From: Escherichia coli
GTDB lineage: Bacteria; Pseudomonadota; Gammaproteobacteria; Enterobacterales; Enterobacteriaceae
Assembly: GCF_003018255.1 (NCBI RefSeq)
Contig: NZ_CP027440.1
Strand: one strand, 5' to 3'
DNA length: 64,000 bases
In this document: positions 11,120 through 22,845 of the stretch, piece by piece
Layout: every line of letters starts with the position of its first letter
Numbering within the stretch: position 1 is the first letter of the stretch
Made by a program: the position numbers and the translations under genes
The notes under the pieces: generated by a model
The model's input: the letters and a program-made list of their open reading frames with translations, nothing else
What the model was told of the DNA's origin: nothing
Database searches by the model: none

Positions 11120-11200
11120 GATTTCCAACGAGTAAGAGGCTAACCTTATGGTGTTCAGGCATAGGGTAGCCTCACTTTGATTTATAGTCAGGTGGGGCTT
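11120..11200 (+). ncRNA. sokA: Expected position of Sok-type antisense RNA (sokA), antisense to the hokA/mok leader
   Basis: Inferred only from hok/sok locus architecture; no promoter or terminator defined by eye; coordinates approximate. Confidence 0.25.
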
Positions 11201-11382
11201 TTCTCTGTCTGCCTTTCGGTGAATACCTGAGACAAACAGTCTCAAGCACCCACAGCTATTCTAGCTTAATAAGTTCGTTTCTTCTCCTTGATATAATCCT
11301 AAAAAAATCTCATAAAATTAATATATGAGACAATCTTTATTCAGCAGAAGATTATTAAAGGTTGCTCTATTATTTAGCGATA

Positions 11383-11410
11383 AAAAAGCCTGCCAGATGG
11401 CAGGCTTTTT
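11383..11410. terminator. Bidirectional terminator downstream of glyS
   Basis: AAAAAAGCCTGCCAGATGGCAGGCTTTTT: perfect hairpin with A-run and T-run on either side. Confidence 0.8.
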
Positions 11411-11423
11411 AATAACGGCGTTA

Positions 11424-13493
11424 TTACTGTAACAGCGAAATATCCGCAACGCGCAGGAATAATTCGCGCAGTTTCTCCAGCATGGTAAGACGGTTGATTC
11501 GCAATTCTTTGTCATCAACCATGACCATCACTTTATCGAAGAAGGCATCAACCGGTTCACGCAATTCAGCCAGTTCGACCAGCGCGTCCTGGTAACGACC
11601 TTCAGCGAAGTACGGCTCCAGCTTGTCGCGCAGCACCACAACTTGCATCGCCAGTTTAATTTCTTCCGGCTCTTTCAGAGTAGAAGCATTCACGCGATCG
11701 CTCAGCACTTCGTCAGACTTCGCCAGAATGTTAGATACACGCTTGTTTGCCGCCGCCAGTGACGCTGCCGCATCCAGAGTACGGAAGTGCGATACCGCCT
11801 TCATACGGGCATCGAAATCTGCCGGACGAGTCGGACGACGCGCCAGTACCGCCTGGATGGTATCAACGGTGTAACCTTCGTCCTGATACCAGGCGCGGAA
11901 GCGACCGAGCATAAAGTCGATAACATCATCAACTACGTTGGTATTAGTCAGCTTATCGCCATACAGACGCACCGCTTCTTCGGTCAGCGTTTGCAGATCA
12001 AGGTTGAGGTTCTTCTCAACGATAATACGCAGCACGCCAAGTGCGGCACGACGCAACGCAAACGGGTCTTTGTCGCCTTTCGGATGCTGGCCGATACCGA
12101 AGATACCCGCCAGAGTATCCATCTTGTCAGCAATCGCCAGCGCACAGGCTACCGGGTTAGACGGCAGGTCATCACCGGCAAAGCGCGGCTGATACTGCTC
12201 GTTCAGCGCCACGGCAACATCTTCCGCTTCGCCATCGTGACGCGCGTAGTGCATCCCCATAACGCCCTGGGTGTCGGTGAACTCGAAGACCATGTTGGTC
12301 ATCAGGTCGCACTTGGACAGCAGGCCCGCACGGGTAGCGTGGTTAACGTCAGCGCCAATCTGTTCAGCAATCCAGCCAGCCAGCGCCTGGATGCGGTCAG
12401 TCTTGTCACGCAGCGTACCCAGCTGTTGCTGGAACAGCACGGTTTGCAGGCGCGGCAGGTTATCTTCCAGACGTTTTTTACGGTCGGTGTTGAAGAAGAA
12501 CTCGGCATCCGCCAGACGTGGACGAACGACTTTCTCGTTACCAGAGATAATTTGCTGCGGATCTTTCGATTCGATGTTGGCAACGAAGATAAAGTTCGGC
12601 AGCAGTTTGCCGTCGTTCGCATACACCGGGAAGTATTTCTGGTCACCTTTCATGGTGTAAACCAGCGCTTCAGACGGCACCGCGAGGAATTTCTCTTCGA
12701 ATTTTGCGGTCAGCACAACCGGCCATTCCACCAGCGAAGCGACTTCTTCCAACAGGCTTTCGCTTAAGTCAGCGTTACCGCCAATCTTACGCGCCGCTTC
12801 TTCGGCATCGGCTTTAATCTTCGCCTTACGTTCTTCGTAATCGGCGATGACTTTCCCGCGCTCACGCAGAATTTCCGGATACTGATCAGCATTGTCGATA
12901 GTGAATTCCGGCTCGCCCATAAAGCGGTGGCCGCGAATCACGCGATCGGACTGAATGCCCAGAATGGTAGCCGGAATAACTTTGTCGCCCAGCAGCAGGG
13001 TCACGGTGTGCACCGGACGCACGAAGTGCACGTCGCTTGCACCCCAACGCATCAGTTTCGGGATCGGCAGTTTCGCCAGCGAAGTCGCAACCATATTCGG
13101 CAGCAGTGCTTCAGTGCTTTCGCCCTTCACGTGGGCGCGATACAGCAGCCATTCGCCTTTATCGGTAGTCAGACGCTCAGCCTGGTCAACGGTAATACCG
13201 CAACCACGCGCCCAGCCTTCTGCCGCTTTGCTCGGTTTGCCTTCAGCGTCGAACGCCTGGGCAATCGCCGGGCCGCGTTTTTCGATTTCACGATCCGGTT
13301 GCGCTTCCGCCAGGTTAGCTACTTTAAGCGCCAGACGACGCGGAGCAGCAAACCATTGAACGGTGCCGTGTGCGAGGCCAGCGTTATCCAGCTCCGCAGT
13401 AAAGTTCGCAGCAAAGGACTCAGCCAGGCTGCGCAGTGCTTTTGGTGGCAGCTCTTCAGTGCCGATTTCCACCAGAAAAGTTTTCTCAGACAT
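11424..13493 (-). CDS. glyS: Glycine--tRNA ligase beta subunit
   Basis: 689-aa [23 protein letters not shown]...; matches GlyS. Confidence 0.97.
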   Translation of the reverse strand: MSEKTFLVEIGTEELPPKALRSLAESFAANFTAELDNAGLAHGTVQWFAAPRRLALKVANLAEAQPDREIEKRGPAIAQAFDAEGKPSKAAEGWARGCGITVDQAERLTTDKGEWLLYRAHVKGESTEALLPNMVATSLAKLPIPKLMRWGASDVHFVRPVHTVTLLLGDKVIPATILGIQSDRVIRGHRFMGEPEFTIDNADQYPEILRERGKVIADYEERKAKIKADAEEAARKIGGNADLSESLLEEVASLVEWPVVLTAKFEEKFLAVPSEALVYTMKGDQKYFPVYANDGKLLPNFIFVANIESKDPQQIISGNEKVVRPRLADAEFFFNTDRKKRLEDNLPRLQTVLFQQQLGTLRDKTDRIQALAGWIAEQIGADVNHATRAGLLSKCDLMTNMVFEFTDTQGVMGMHYARHDGEAEDVAVALNEQYQPRFAGDDLPSNPVACALAIADKMDTLAGIFGIGQHPKGDKDPFALRRAALGVLRIIVEKNLNLDLQTLTEEAVRLYGDKLTNTNVVDDVIDFMLGRFRAWYQDEGYTVDTIQAVLARRPTRPADFDARMKAVSHFRTLDAAASLAAANKRVSNILAKSDEVLSDRVNASTLKEPEEIKLAMQVVVLRDKLEPYFAEGRYQDALVELAELREPVDAFFDKVMVMVDDKELRINRLTMLEKLRELFLRVADISLLQ

Positions 13494-13502
13494 AGCCGCC
13501 TC

Positions 13503-14414
13503 TTACTTATCTTTGTTGCACATCGGGAAGCCGAGGGCTTCACGGGAAGCGTAGTATGCTTCTGCCACTGCTTTGGTCAGGGTGCGAATGCGCAGAATAT
13601 AGCGCTGACGCTCGGTGACGGAGATGGCTTTACGCGCATCCAGCAGGTTGAAGCTGTGGGCGGCTTTCAGAATACGCTCGTAGGCTGGCAGCGGCAGCGG
13701 ATTTTCCAGCGCCAGCAGCTGCTGCGCTTCTTTCTCGTACTGCTCAAAGCAGGTGAACAGGAAGTCCACATCCGCGTATTCGAAGTTGTAAGTGGACTGC
13801 TCCACTTCGTTCTGATGGAACACGTCGCCATAGGTGGTTTTACCCAGCGGGCCGTCGCTCCAGACCAGGTCGTAAACGCTGTCTACGCCCTGAATGTACA
13901 TTGCCAGACGTTCCAGACCGTAGGTGATCTCGCCGGTAACCGGTTTACACTCCAGACCACCAACCTGCTGGAAGTAAGTGAACTGCGTCACTTCCATGCC
14001 GTTCAGCCACACTTCCCAGCCCAGCCCCCAGGCACCCAGCGTCGGGTTTTCCCAGTTATCTTCCACGAAACGGATGTCGTGGATGGTCGGGTCCATGCCC
14101 AGCTCTTTCAGAGAACCAAGGTACAGCTCCTGAATATTGTCCGGCGATGGCTTAATGACCACCTGGAACTGATAGTAGTGCTGTAAACGGTTGGGGTTTT
14201 CGCCGTAGCGACCATCGGTCGGGCGACGAGAAGGCTGAACATAAGCAGCCGCCATCGGTTCTGGCCCCAGCGCGCGCAGACAGGTCATTGGGTGAGAGGT
14301 TCCCGCGCCGACTTCCATGTCCAATGGTTGAACAATGGTGCAGCCCTGGCGAGCCCAGTAATCCTGTAAGGTCAGGATCAAGCCCTGGAAGGTCCTGGTA
14401 TCAAACTTTTGCAT
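13503..14414 (-). CDS. glyQ: Glycine--tRNA ligase alpha subunit
   Basis: 303-aa [28 protein letters not shown]...; 9 bp upstream of glyS (operon). Confidence 0.97.
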
Positions 14415-14508
14415 ATTATTTCGTGCTGGATACGTGTGGATTTAAAGGAAGGGATCAGTATACCCGCTGGATGGAAGATATACAGTACGAAACGGGAAAA
14501 AGCAGGGC

Positions 14509-14817
14509 TTAACGCATGGAAAGATGCAAAAAATGGCCATCTGCGTCAAAAGAACAGACAAACTGCTCTTTACGGAAGGTATAACCGCGCATTTCGTAGC
14601 TTCCCTGGAACTGTTCAAATGCGGTGACGTCGATTTTTTGCTCGCCGGTGTTATAACGTTTCGCCGCCTGATCCTTGCATAACGCTTCCATATTCAACGA
14701 ACGCAGAGGATCAACCTTTACCCGTTGTGCTTTCTGCACGGGTGGCGGTGTAGAACAACCCACTAGCGCCATAAGCACCATAAGCGCCATTGCCGGAAAG
14801 AAAGAGTTCATCATCAT
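14509..14817 (-). CDS. ysaB: Lipoprotein YsaB
   Basis: 102-aa ORF with lipobox (LVGC) in a signal peptide; conserved position upstream of glyQ. Confidence 0.8.
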   Translation of the reverse strand: MMMNSFFPAMALMVLMALVGCSTPPPVQKAQRVKVDPLRSLNMEALCKDQAAKRYNTGEQKIDVTAFEQFQGSYEMRGYTFRKEQFVCSFDADGHFLHLSMR

Positions 14818-14990
14818 TAAATTACCGTCTGGTTTGCAGGTGAGTCTTATTATTTATATCGGTATAGTGGCTGATATCTTACGAATTTCCTTAAGCCTCT
14901 ATAAGCTGTAGTGATAAAACTCAGATTATTCCAGTGCGCCAACCGAATGATTTATCGGTCAGACTTTTTTAACCAGATACAGAGACACAG

Positions 14991-15986
14991 ATGCAGCCCA
15001 AAATTTACTGGATTGATAACCTGCGAGGGATAGCGTGTTTAATGGTGGTGATGATTCACACCACTACCTGGTATGTGACCAATGCTCATAGTGTTAGCCC
15101 CGTCACCTGGGATATCGCCAATGTTCTGAATTCTGCCTCTCGTGTCAGCGTGCCGCTATTTTTCATGATTTCCGGCTATCTCTTTTTTGGCGAACGCAGC
15201 GCCCAGCCGCGCCATTTCTTGCGTATCGGCTTATGTCTGCTTTTTTATAGCGCAATCGCACTGCTCTACATTGCGCTGTTTACCTCCATCAATGTGGAGT
15301 TAGCGCTGAAAAACCTGCTGCAAAAGCCAGTGTTTTACCACTTATGGTTTTTCTTCGCGATTGCGGTGATTTATCTGGTTTCACCGCTGATTCAGGTGAA
15401 GAACGTCGGCGGAAAAATGTTGCTGGTGCTAATGGTGGTGATTGGTATTATCGCTAACCCAAACACAGTGCCGCAGAAAATTGACGGTTTTGAATGGCTG
15501 CCAATTAACTTATATATCAATGGCGATACTTTTTACTACATCCTGTATGGCATGTTGGGCCGCGCTATAGGGATGATGGACACACAGCATAAAGCACTGT
15601 CGTGGGTGTGCGCAGCACTGTTTGCGACGGGGGTTTTTATTATCTCTCGCGGGACATTATATGAATTGCAGTGGCGCGGAAATTTTGCCGATACCTGGTA
15701 TCTTTACTGTGGGCCGATGGTTTTTATCTGCGCAATCACGCTATTGACTCTGGTTAAAAACACGCTTGATACGCGTACCGTTCGCGGACTTGGCTTAATC
15801 TCCCGCCATTCGTTGGGCATATACGGGTTCCACGCCTTGATTATCCATGCACTGCGCACCCGGGGGATTGAGCTTAAAAACTGGCCAATACTCGATATTA
15901 TTTGGATCTTTTGCGCGACGTTGGCAGCGAGTTTGTTACTTTCTATGCTGGTACAACGAATCGACAGAAACAGACTAGTGAGTTAA
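14991..15986 (+). CDS. wecH: O-acetyltransferase WecH (acyltransferase 3 family, ECA acetylation)
   Basis: 331-aa polytopic membrane [27 protein letters not shown]... Confidence 0.9.
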   Translation: MQPKIYWIDNLRGIACLMVVMIHTTTWYVTNAHSVSPVTWDIANVLNSASRVSVPLFFMISGYLFFGERSAQPRHFLRIGLCLLFYSAIALLYIALFTSINVELALKNLLQKPVFYHLWFFFAIAVIYLVSPLIQVKNVGGKMLLVLMVVIGIIANPNTVPQKIDGFEWLPINLYINGDTFYYILYGMLGRAIGMMDTQHKALSWVCAALFATGVFIISRGTLYELQWRGNFADTWYLYCGPMVFICAITLLTLVKNTLDTRTVRGLGLISRHSLGIYGFHALIIHALRTRGIELKNWPILDIIWIFCATLAASLLLSMLVQRIDRNRLVS

Positions 15987-15989
15987 GTA

Positions 15990-16022
15990 AAAGCCCGGTC
16001 ACATTGGACTGACCGGGCTTAT
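15990..16022. terminator. Bidirectional hairpin between wecH and yiaA
   Basis: AGCCCGGTCA-CATTGGAC-TGACCGGGCT perfect stem-loop. Confidence 0.6.
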
Positions 16023-16027
16023 GTGAA

Positions 16028-16468
16028 TTATTCGCTGTATTCTTCCTGGGTAACCTGTGTTTCTTTTGGTGGGTTTATTCCGGCATCACGAATATTCTTC
16101 TGCACCGCTACTGCACCAAACAAGCTTAAGAAGAAAGCCAGTCCATAAAAACCTTTCTCGCTGAGTAATAACGTTGCATTCCACAGACCTACCATCAGTA
16201 ACGCAACAGAGATAATAAAGACAGTCAGGCAGGTCATATAATAAATGGAGGTGGTCGGTATGCCTTCATACTTGTCCCGAACGGTCTTTTGATAAGACGC
16301 CGCAGAAAACAGTCCTAATACCAGTACGGCAAAATAATATCCTTTTTCATTTAACTGCATCTCTGCATTCCATAGCCCTAACAGATAGGTAACGATACCA
16401 CCAACGAGAGCTATCCATGACACAATACTGAATGCCGGAGAATAGGTTGATATTTTGTTGTCCATCAC
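16028..16468 (-). CDS. yiaA: Inner membrane protein YiaA
   Basis: 146-aa ORF with 4 predicted TM segments; internal duplication shared with YiaB. Confidence 0.85.
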
Positions 16469-16509
16469 AGTATTCCTTCATTCCTGAATGTGTAAGAGCT
16501 TTATGTTGC

Positions 16510-16851
16510 TCATGCCGAGCGAAACAAACGCATTTGACCAAACAAGCAGACAAAAAAGGCGATAGGGTAGATCACCATTTCATAAGCATTGATAGGTGCG
16601 TTTAAAACACCGATAAACAAGAGACCGATAGTGATTAACGCAACTAACTGGCAGATATGGGTAAAAAAATTATCCAGTTGCCCGAGTTTTTCTGCGCGAA
16701 GATATGCATAGTTGCCAAAAGTTGCTGTCATTAATATGCCAAGAAAATAGCCTTTTCCACTTAACAATGGGCATGAGATCCATAGCCCAACCAGATAAAC
16801 CAGCGCCCCGACAACAAATAATAGTTTTGCCACAGTCTTTGAGGTTTTCAT
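16510..16851 (-). CDS. yiaB: Inner membrane protein YiaB
   Basis: ORF frame to 16893; probable start MKTSKTVAKLLFVVGAL at 16851 (113 aa); paralogous to YiaA. Confidence 0.8.
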   Translation of the reverse strand: MKTSKTVAKLLFVVGALVYLVGLWISCPLLSGKGYFLGILMTATFGNYAYLRAEKLGQLDNFFTHICQLVALITIGLLFIGVLNAPINAYEMVIYPIAFFVCLFGQMRLFRSA

Positions 16852-17019
16852 AACGATCTCCATATCTACCAGCGATACATTACGAGTAACCAACGAAAGA
16901 CAAAACTGAAAAATGCCATTAACAAATGATTTTCAGAATAAATTCATACTAAATATTAATTAATTACTGAGATATATAGATGTGAATTATCCCCCACCCG
17001 GTCAGGCAGAGGATAACGT

Positions 17020-18474
17020 TTACGCCATTAATGGCAGAAGTTGCTGATAGAGGCGACGGAACGTTTCTCGTCGTGGCTGATAAGCGGCATAACGCTGCGC
17101 ATCTGGTAGATGCGACTGTTCTAACGGTAACTGCGGCAACAACTCAATGAGCGATTTCTCTGGATTCGCCGCAATCTGCGCCAGCCTTGCTGCGCCCAGT
17201 GCTGGCCCCACATCCCCCCCCGTACGGTAATCGAGCTGCTGACCGCTGATATCCGCCAGCATTTGACGCCAGTACTCACTACGCGCCCCGCCACCAATCA
17301 ACGTAACACTTTGCGGTTTAATGCCGCAGGCATGCACGACATCCATGCCATCTGCCAGCGCATAACCCACGCCTTCCAGCACTGCTCGCGCCAGTTCATT
17401 GGGGCCATGTTGATGAGTCAAACCAAAGAAAACCCCCTTCGCCTGGGGATTATTGTGTGGCGTACGCTCGCCGGAAAGATAAGGCAGAAACCAAACTGGC
17501 TCGGCACTTTCATCAGCCTGTTGAGCTGCAGCGATTAAAGCTGGGACATTGCTCAGGCCGGTTAATTTCGCGGCCCAATCCAGACACGACGCTGCACTCA
17601 GCATTACAGACATTAAATGCCAACGCTGCGGTAGCGCATGGCAAAAGCTGTGTACGGCGCTTTCTGGCTTGCTTAAAAACCCTTCGCTGACAGCAAAATA
17701 GACCCCCGACGTCCCCAGCGATAACATTGCCTGATTAGCATCAACCATTCCTACACCAACCGCACCAGCTGCATTATCACCACCGCCTGCGACAACTGGC
17801 ACCGCCGCCATACTCCACGCTTTCGCAACTTCAGGTAGCAAAGCACCAGTAATTTCGCTGCCTTCGTATAATGCGGGCATCTGGTCACGAGATAAGTGGC
17901 AAGCCTGCAGCATGTCGTCACTCCAGTCACGCTTTGCGACATCCAGCCACATGGTGCCAGCTGCGTCAGACATATCGCTGGCAAACTCCCCCGTCATACG
18001 CAGACGCAAGTAATCTTTCGGTAATAATACTTTGTCGATTTGACGGAATATCTCCGGCTCATGCCGCTGAACCCATAGCAATTTAGGCGCAGTAAATCCG
18101 GGCATCATCAGGTTACCGGTAATCACCCGTGATTGCGGAACTCGCGCTTCCAGCAAAGTGCACTCTTGCGCACAGCGCCCGTCGTTCCACAAAATGGCAG
18201 GGCGTAATACCCGTTGCTGGGCATCCAGTAAGGTTGCACCGTGCATCTGGCCGGCAATACCCAATGCTTTAACGTCCTGCAGAGAATGCTGATCGCCCAG
18301 AGCTTTCATTGCGCGGTCAGTTGCCTGCCACCACTGTTCCGGGTCTTGTTCCGACCAGAGTGGATGCGGGCGCGAAACGGTCAGCTTTTCCGTTTGCGAA
18401 GCAACCACCTCACCCTGCTCGTTGAGCAAAATAACTTTTACGCCCGAGGTGCCAAGATCTATCCCGATATACAT
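17020..18474 (-). CDS. xylB: Xylulokinase
   Basis: 484-aa ORF MYIGIDLGTSGVKVILLNEQGEVV...; FGGY kinase; downstream of xylA. Confidence 0.97.
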   Translation of the reverse strand: MYIGIDLGTSGVKVILLNEQGEVVASQTEKLTVSRPHPLWSEQDPEQWWQATDRAMKALGDQHSLQDVKALGIAGQMHGATLLDAQQRVLRPAILWNDGRCAQECTLLEARVPQSRVITGNLMMPGFTAPKLLWVQRHEPEIFRQIDKVLLPKDYLRLRMTGEFASDMSDAAGTMWLDVAKRDWSDDMLQACHLSRDQMPALYEGSEITGALLPEVAKAWSMAAVPVVAGGGDNAAGAVGVGMVDANQAMLSLGTSGVYFAVSEGFLSKPESAVHSFCHALPQRWHLMSVMLSAASCLDWAAKLTGLSNVPALIAAAQQADESAEPVWFLPYLSGERTPHNNPQAKGVFFGLTHQHGPNELARAVLEGVGYALADGMDVVHACGIKPQSVTLIGGGARSEYWRQMLADISGQQLDYRTGGDVGPALGAARLAQIAANPEKSLIELLPQLPLEQSHLPDAQRYAAYQPRRETFRRLYQQLLPLMA

Positions 18475-18545
18475 ATCGATCGTTCCTTAAAAAAATGCCC
18501 GGTATCGCTACCGATAACCGGGCCAACGGACTGCACAGTTAGCCG

Positions 18546-19868
18546 TTATTTGTCGAACAGATAATGATTTACCAGATTTTCCAGTTGCTCCTGGCGACCA
18601 CTCTGATGCACCGGAGACAAATTGTGTTCCTGAGCATATTTGGCTAAATCTGCCAGTGACATTTGGCCTTTCAGGATTTGCTGGCCTAATTCGCTATTCC
18701 AGCCGGAATAACGCTGCGCGATGCGTTTATCCAGCTCGCCATCTTCAATCATGCGTGCTGCAATTTTCAGCGCCAACGCCATCGTATCCATCGCGCCGAT
18801 ATGACCGTAAAACAGATCATATTTATCAGTACTTTGACGACGTACTTTGGCATCGAAGTTCAGACCGCCAGTGGTGAAACCGCCTGCTTTGAGAATTTCA
18901 TACATCACCAGCGCATTCTCTTCCACACTGTTCGGGAACTGGTCGGTGTCCCAGCCCAGTTGTGCATCGCCACGGTTGGCGTCGACAGAACCGAACAGGC
19001 CAAGCGCAATGGCGGTGGCTATTTCATGATGGAAAGAGTGACCTGCCAGCGTCGCGTGGTTAGCTTCAATATTCAGTTTAATCTCTTTTTCCAGACCAAA
19101 CTGTTTCAGGAAGCCATAGACCGTCGCAGCATCGTAATCATATTGATGTTTGGTCGGTTCTTGCGGTTTCGGTTCGATAAGCAACGTGCCCTGGAAACCG
19201 ATTTTATGTTTATGCTCAACCACCATCTGCATAAAGCGGCCCAGCTGTTCACGCTCCTGGCGCAAGTCGGTATTTAACAGCGTTTCGTAACCTTCACGAC
19301 CACCCCACAGGACATAGTTTTCACCGCCCAATTTATGGGTTGCTTCCATCGCTGTAACAACTTGCGTTGCCGCCCAACTGAAGACTTCAGGATCTGGGTT
19401 CGTCGCCGCACCCGCGCCATAGCGAGGGTTTGTAAAGCAGTTAGCAGTTCCCCACAGCAGCTTCACGCCGCTCTCTTCTTGCTTGCCTGCCAGGACATCA
19501 ACCATTTGCGCAAAATTATTGATGTACTCTTTTAACGACGCGCCCTCAGGGGAAACATCCACATCGTGGAAGCAATAAAATGGCACATGTAACTTGTGGA
19601 AAAACTCAAATGCGACATCTGCTTTACGCTTCGCCAACGCCAGTGCCTCACCAGGCTGCTGCCACGGACGATTAAACGCTCCCACACCAAACATATCCGC
19701 CCCGTTCCAGCAGAAGGTGTGCCAGTAGCAGGCGGCAAAACGCAAGTGCTCTTCCATACGCTTGCCCAACACCAGTTCGTCGGGATTGTAGTGACGGAAT
19801 GCTAACGGGTTTGAGGATTTTGAGCCTTCATAACGAACGCGATCGAGCTGGTCAAAATAGGCTTGCAT
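18546..19868 (-). CDS. xylA: Xylose isomerase
   Basis: ORF frame to 19880; start [28 protein letters not shown] at 19868 (440 aa). Confidence 0.97.
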
Positions 19869-20233
19869 ATTGAACTCCATAATCAGGTAATGCCGCGGGT
19901 GATGGATGATGTCGTAATATTGGGCACTCCCTTTCAGTTGCTCAATTATGTTATTTCACACTGCTATTGAGATAATTCACAAGTGTGCGCTCGCTCGCAA
20001 AATAAAATGGGATGATGAAACTGGGTAATTCCTCGAAGAGAAAAATGCAATAAGTACAATTGCGCAACAAAAGTAAGATCTCGGTCATAAATCAAGAAAT
20101 AAACCAAAAATCGTAATCGAAAGATAAAAATCTGTAATTGTTTTCCCCTGTTTAGTTGCTAAAAATTGGTTACGTTTATCGCGGTGATTGTTACTTATTA
20201 AAGCTGTCCTCTAACTACAGAAGGCCCTACACC
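19869..20233. promoter_or_regulatory. Divergent xylAB / xylFGH promoter region (XylR and CRP controlled)
   Basis: 365-bp AT-rich intergenic region between divergent xylA and xylF; individual sites not resolved by eye. Confidence 0.7.
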
Positions 20234-21226
20234 ATGAAAATAAAGAACATTCTACTCACCCTTTGCACCTCACTTCTGCTTACCAACGTTGCGGCACACG
20301 CCAAAGAAGTCAAAATAGGTATGGCGATTGATGATCTCCGTCTTGAACGCTGGCAAAAAGATCGAGATATTTTTGTGAAAAAAGCAGAATCTCTCGGCGC
20401 GAAAGTATTTGTACAGTCTGCAAATGGCAATGAAGAAACACAAATGTCGCAGATTGAAAACATGATTAACCGGGGTGTCGATGTTCTTGTCATTATTCCT
20501 TATAACGGTCAGGTATTAAGTAACGTTGTAAAAGAAGCCAAACAAGAAGGTATTAAAGTATTAGCTTACGACCGTATGATTAACGATGCGGATATCGATT
20601 TTTATATTTCTTTCGATAACGAAAAAGTCGGTGAACTGCAGGCAAAAGCCCTGGTCGATATTGTTCCGCAAGGTAATTACTTCCTGATGGGCGGCTCGCC
20701 GGTAGATAACAACGCTAAGCTGTTCCGCGCCGGACAAATGAAAGTGTTAAAACCTTACGTTGATTCTGGAAAAATTAAAGTCGTTGGTGACCAATGGGTT
20801 GATGGCTGGTTACCGGAAAACGCATTGAAAATTATGGAAAACGCGCTAACCGCCAATAATAACAAAATTGATGCTGTAGTTGCCTCAAACGATGCCACCG
20901 CAGGTGGGGCAATTCAGGCATTAAGCGCGCAAGGTTTATCAGGGAAAGTAGCAATTTCCGGCCAGGATGCGGATCTCGCAGGTATTAAACGTATTGCTGC
21001 CGGTACGCAAACTATGACGGTGTATAAACCTATTACGTTGTTGGCAAATACTGCCGCAGAAATTGCCGTTGAGTTGGGCAATGGTCAGGAACCAAAAGCA
21101 GATACCACACTGAATAATGGCCTGAAAGATGTTCCCTCCCGCCTGCTGACACCGATCGATGTGAATAAAAACAACATCAAAGACACGGTAGTTAAAGACG
21201 GATTCCACAAAGAGAGCGAGCTGTAA
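20234..21226 (+). CDS. xylF: D-xylose ABC transporter periplasmic binding protein
   Basis: ORF frame from 20156; start MKIKNILLTLCTSLLLTNVAAHA (signal peptide) at 20234, 330 aa. Confidence 0.96.
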   Translation: MKIKNILLTLCTSLLLTNVAAHAKEVKIGMAIDDLRLERWQKDRDIFVKKAESLGAKVFVQSANGNEETQMSQIENMINRGVDVLVIIPYNGQVLSNVVKEAKQEGIKVLAYDRMINDADIDFYISFDNEKVGELQAKALVDIVPQGNYFLMGGSPVDNNAKLFRAGQMKVLKPYVDSGKIKVVGDQWVDGWLPENALKIMENALTANNNKIDAVVASNDATAGGAIQALSAQGLSGKVAISGQDADLAGIKRIAAGTQTMTVYKPITLLANTAAEIAVELGNGQEPKADTTLNNGLKDVPSRLLTPIDVNKNNIKDTVVKDGFHKESEL

Positions 21227-21303
21227 GCGTTACGCCCCGGCGAGGAGCGGGGGCGTGATTTCTCTCCATGCCGTGTGAATTAATTGGCTTAGGTGGAGTC
21301 GTT

Positions 21304-22845
21304 ATGCCTTATCTACTTGAAATGAAGAACATTACCAAAACCTTCGGCAGTGTGAAGGCGATTGATAACGTCAGCTTGCGGTTGAATGCTGGCGAAATCG
21401 TCTCACTCTGTGGGGAAAATGGGTCTGGTAAATCAACGCTGATGAAAGTGCTGTGTGGTATTTATCCCCATGGTTCCTACGAAGGCGAAATTATTTTTGC
21501 GGGAGAAGAGATTCAGGCGAGTCACATCCGCGATACCGAACGCAAAGGTATCGCCATCATTCACCAGGAATTGGCCCTGGTGAAAGAATTGACCGTGCTG
21601 GAAAATATCTTCCTGGGTAACGAAATAACCCATAATGGCATTATGGATTATGATCTGATGACGCTACGCTGTCAGAAGCTGCTCGCACAGGTCAGTTTAT
21701 CCATTTCACCTGATACCCGCGTTGGCGATTTAGGACTTGGGCAACAACAACTGGTTGAAATTGCCAAGGCACTTAATAAACAGGTGCGTTTGTTAATTCT
21801 CGATGAGCCGACAGCCTCATTAACTGAGCAGGAAACGTCGGTTTTACTGGATATTATTCGCGATCTACAACAGCACGGTATCGCCTGTATTTATATTTCG
21901 CACAAACTCAACGAAGTCAAAGCGATTTCCGATACGATTTGCGTTATTCGCGACGGTCAGCACATTGGCACGCGTGATGCTGCTGGAATGAGTGAAGACG
22001 ATATTATCACCATGATGGTCGGACGAGAGTTAACCGCGCTTTACCCTAATGAACCACATACCACCGGAGATGAAATATTACGTATTGAACATCTGACGGC
22101 ATGGCATCCGGTTAATCGTCATATTAAACGAGTTAATGATGTCTCGTTTTCCCTGAAACGTGGCGAAATACTGGGTATCGCCGGACTCGTTGGTGCCGGA
22201 CGTACCGAGACTATTCAGTGCCTGTTTGGTGTGTGGCCCGGACAATGGGAAGGGAAAATTTATATTGATGGCAAACAGGTAGATATTCGTAACTGTCAGC
22301 AAGCCATCGCCCAGGGGATTGCGATGGTACCCGAAGACAGAAAGCGCGACGGCATCGTTCCGGTAATGGCGGTTGGTAAAAATATTACCCTCGCCGCACT
22401 CAAAAAATTTACCGGTGGCATTAGCCAGCTTGATGACGCGGCAGAGCAAAAATGTATTCTGGAATCAATCCAGCAACTCAAAGTTAAAACGTCGTCCCCC
22501 GACCTTGCTATTGGACGTTTGAGCGGCGGCAATCAGCAAAAAGCGATCCTCGCTCGCTGTCTGTTACTTAACCCGCGCATTCTCATTCTTGATGAACCCA
22601 CCAGGGGTATCGATATTGGCGCGAAATACGAGATCTACAAATTAATTAACCAACTCGTCCAGCAGGGTATTGCCGTTATTGTCATCTCTTCCGAATTACC
22701 TGAAGTGCTCGGCCTTAGCGATCGTGTACTGGTGATGCATGAAGGGAAACTAAAAGCCAACCTGATAAATCATAACCTGACTCAGGAGCAGGTGATGGAA
22801 GCCGCATTGAGGAGCGAACATCATGTCGAAAAGCAATCCGTCTGA
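21304..22845 (+). CDS. xylG: D-xylose ABC transporter ATP-binding protein
   Basis: ORF frame from 21268; start [14 protein letters not shown] at 21304; two ABC cassettes (Walker [10 protein letters not shown] and GLVGAGRTE). Confidence 0.96.

Noticed and set aside
11163-11423. Possible IS150 insertion between hokA and glyS, as in K-12 MG1655
   Set aside because: The gap is about 320 bp with no transposase ORF or terminal inverted repeats.
11787-14186. Long plus-strand ORFs (326, 134 and 419 aa) opposite glyS and glyQ
   Set aside because: Antisense to highly conserved aminoacyl-tRNA synthetase genes; Arg-rich composition typical of spurious frames.
20156-20233. N-terminal extension of xylF (ORF opening at 20156)
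   Set aside because: The conserved signal peptide starts at MKIKN (20234); upstream codons lie in the promoter region with no RBS.
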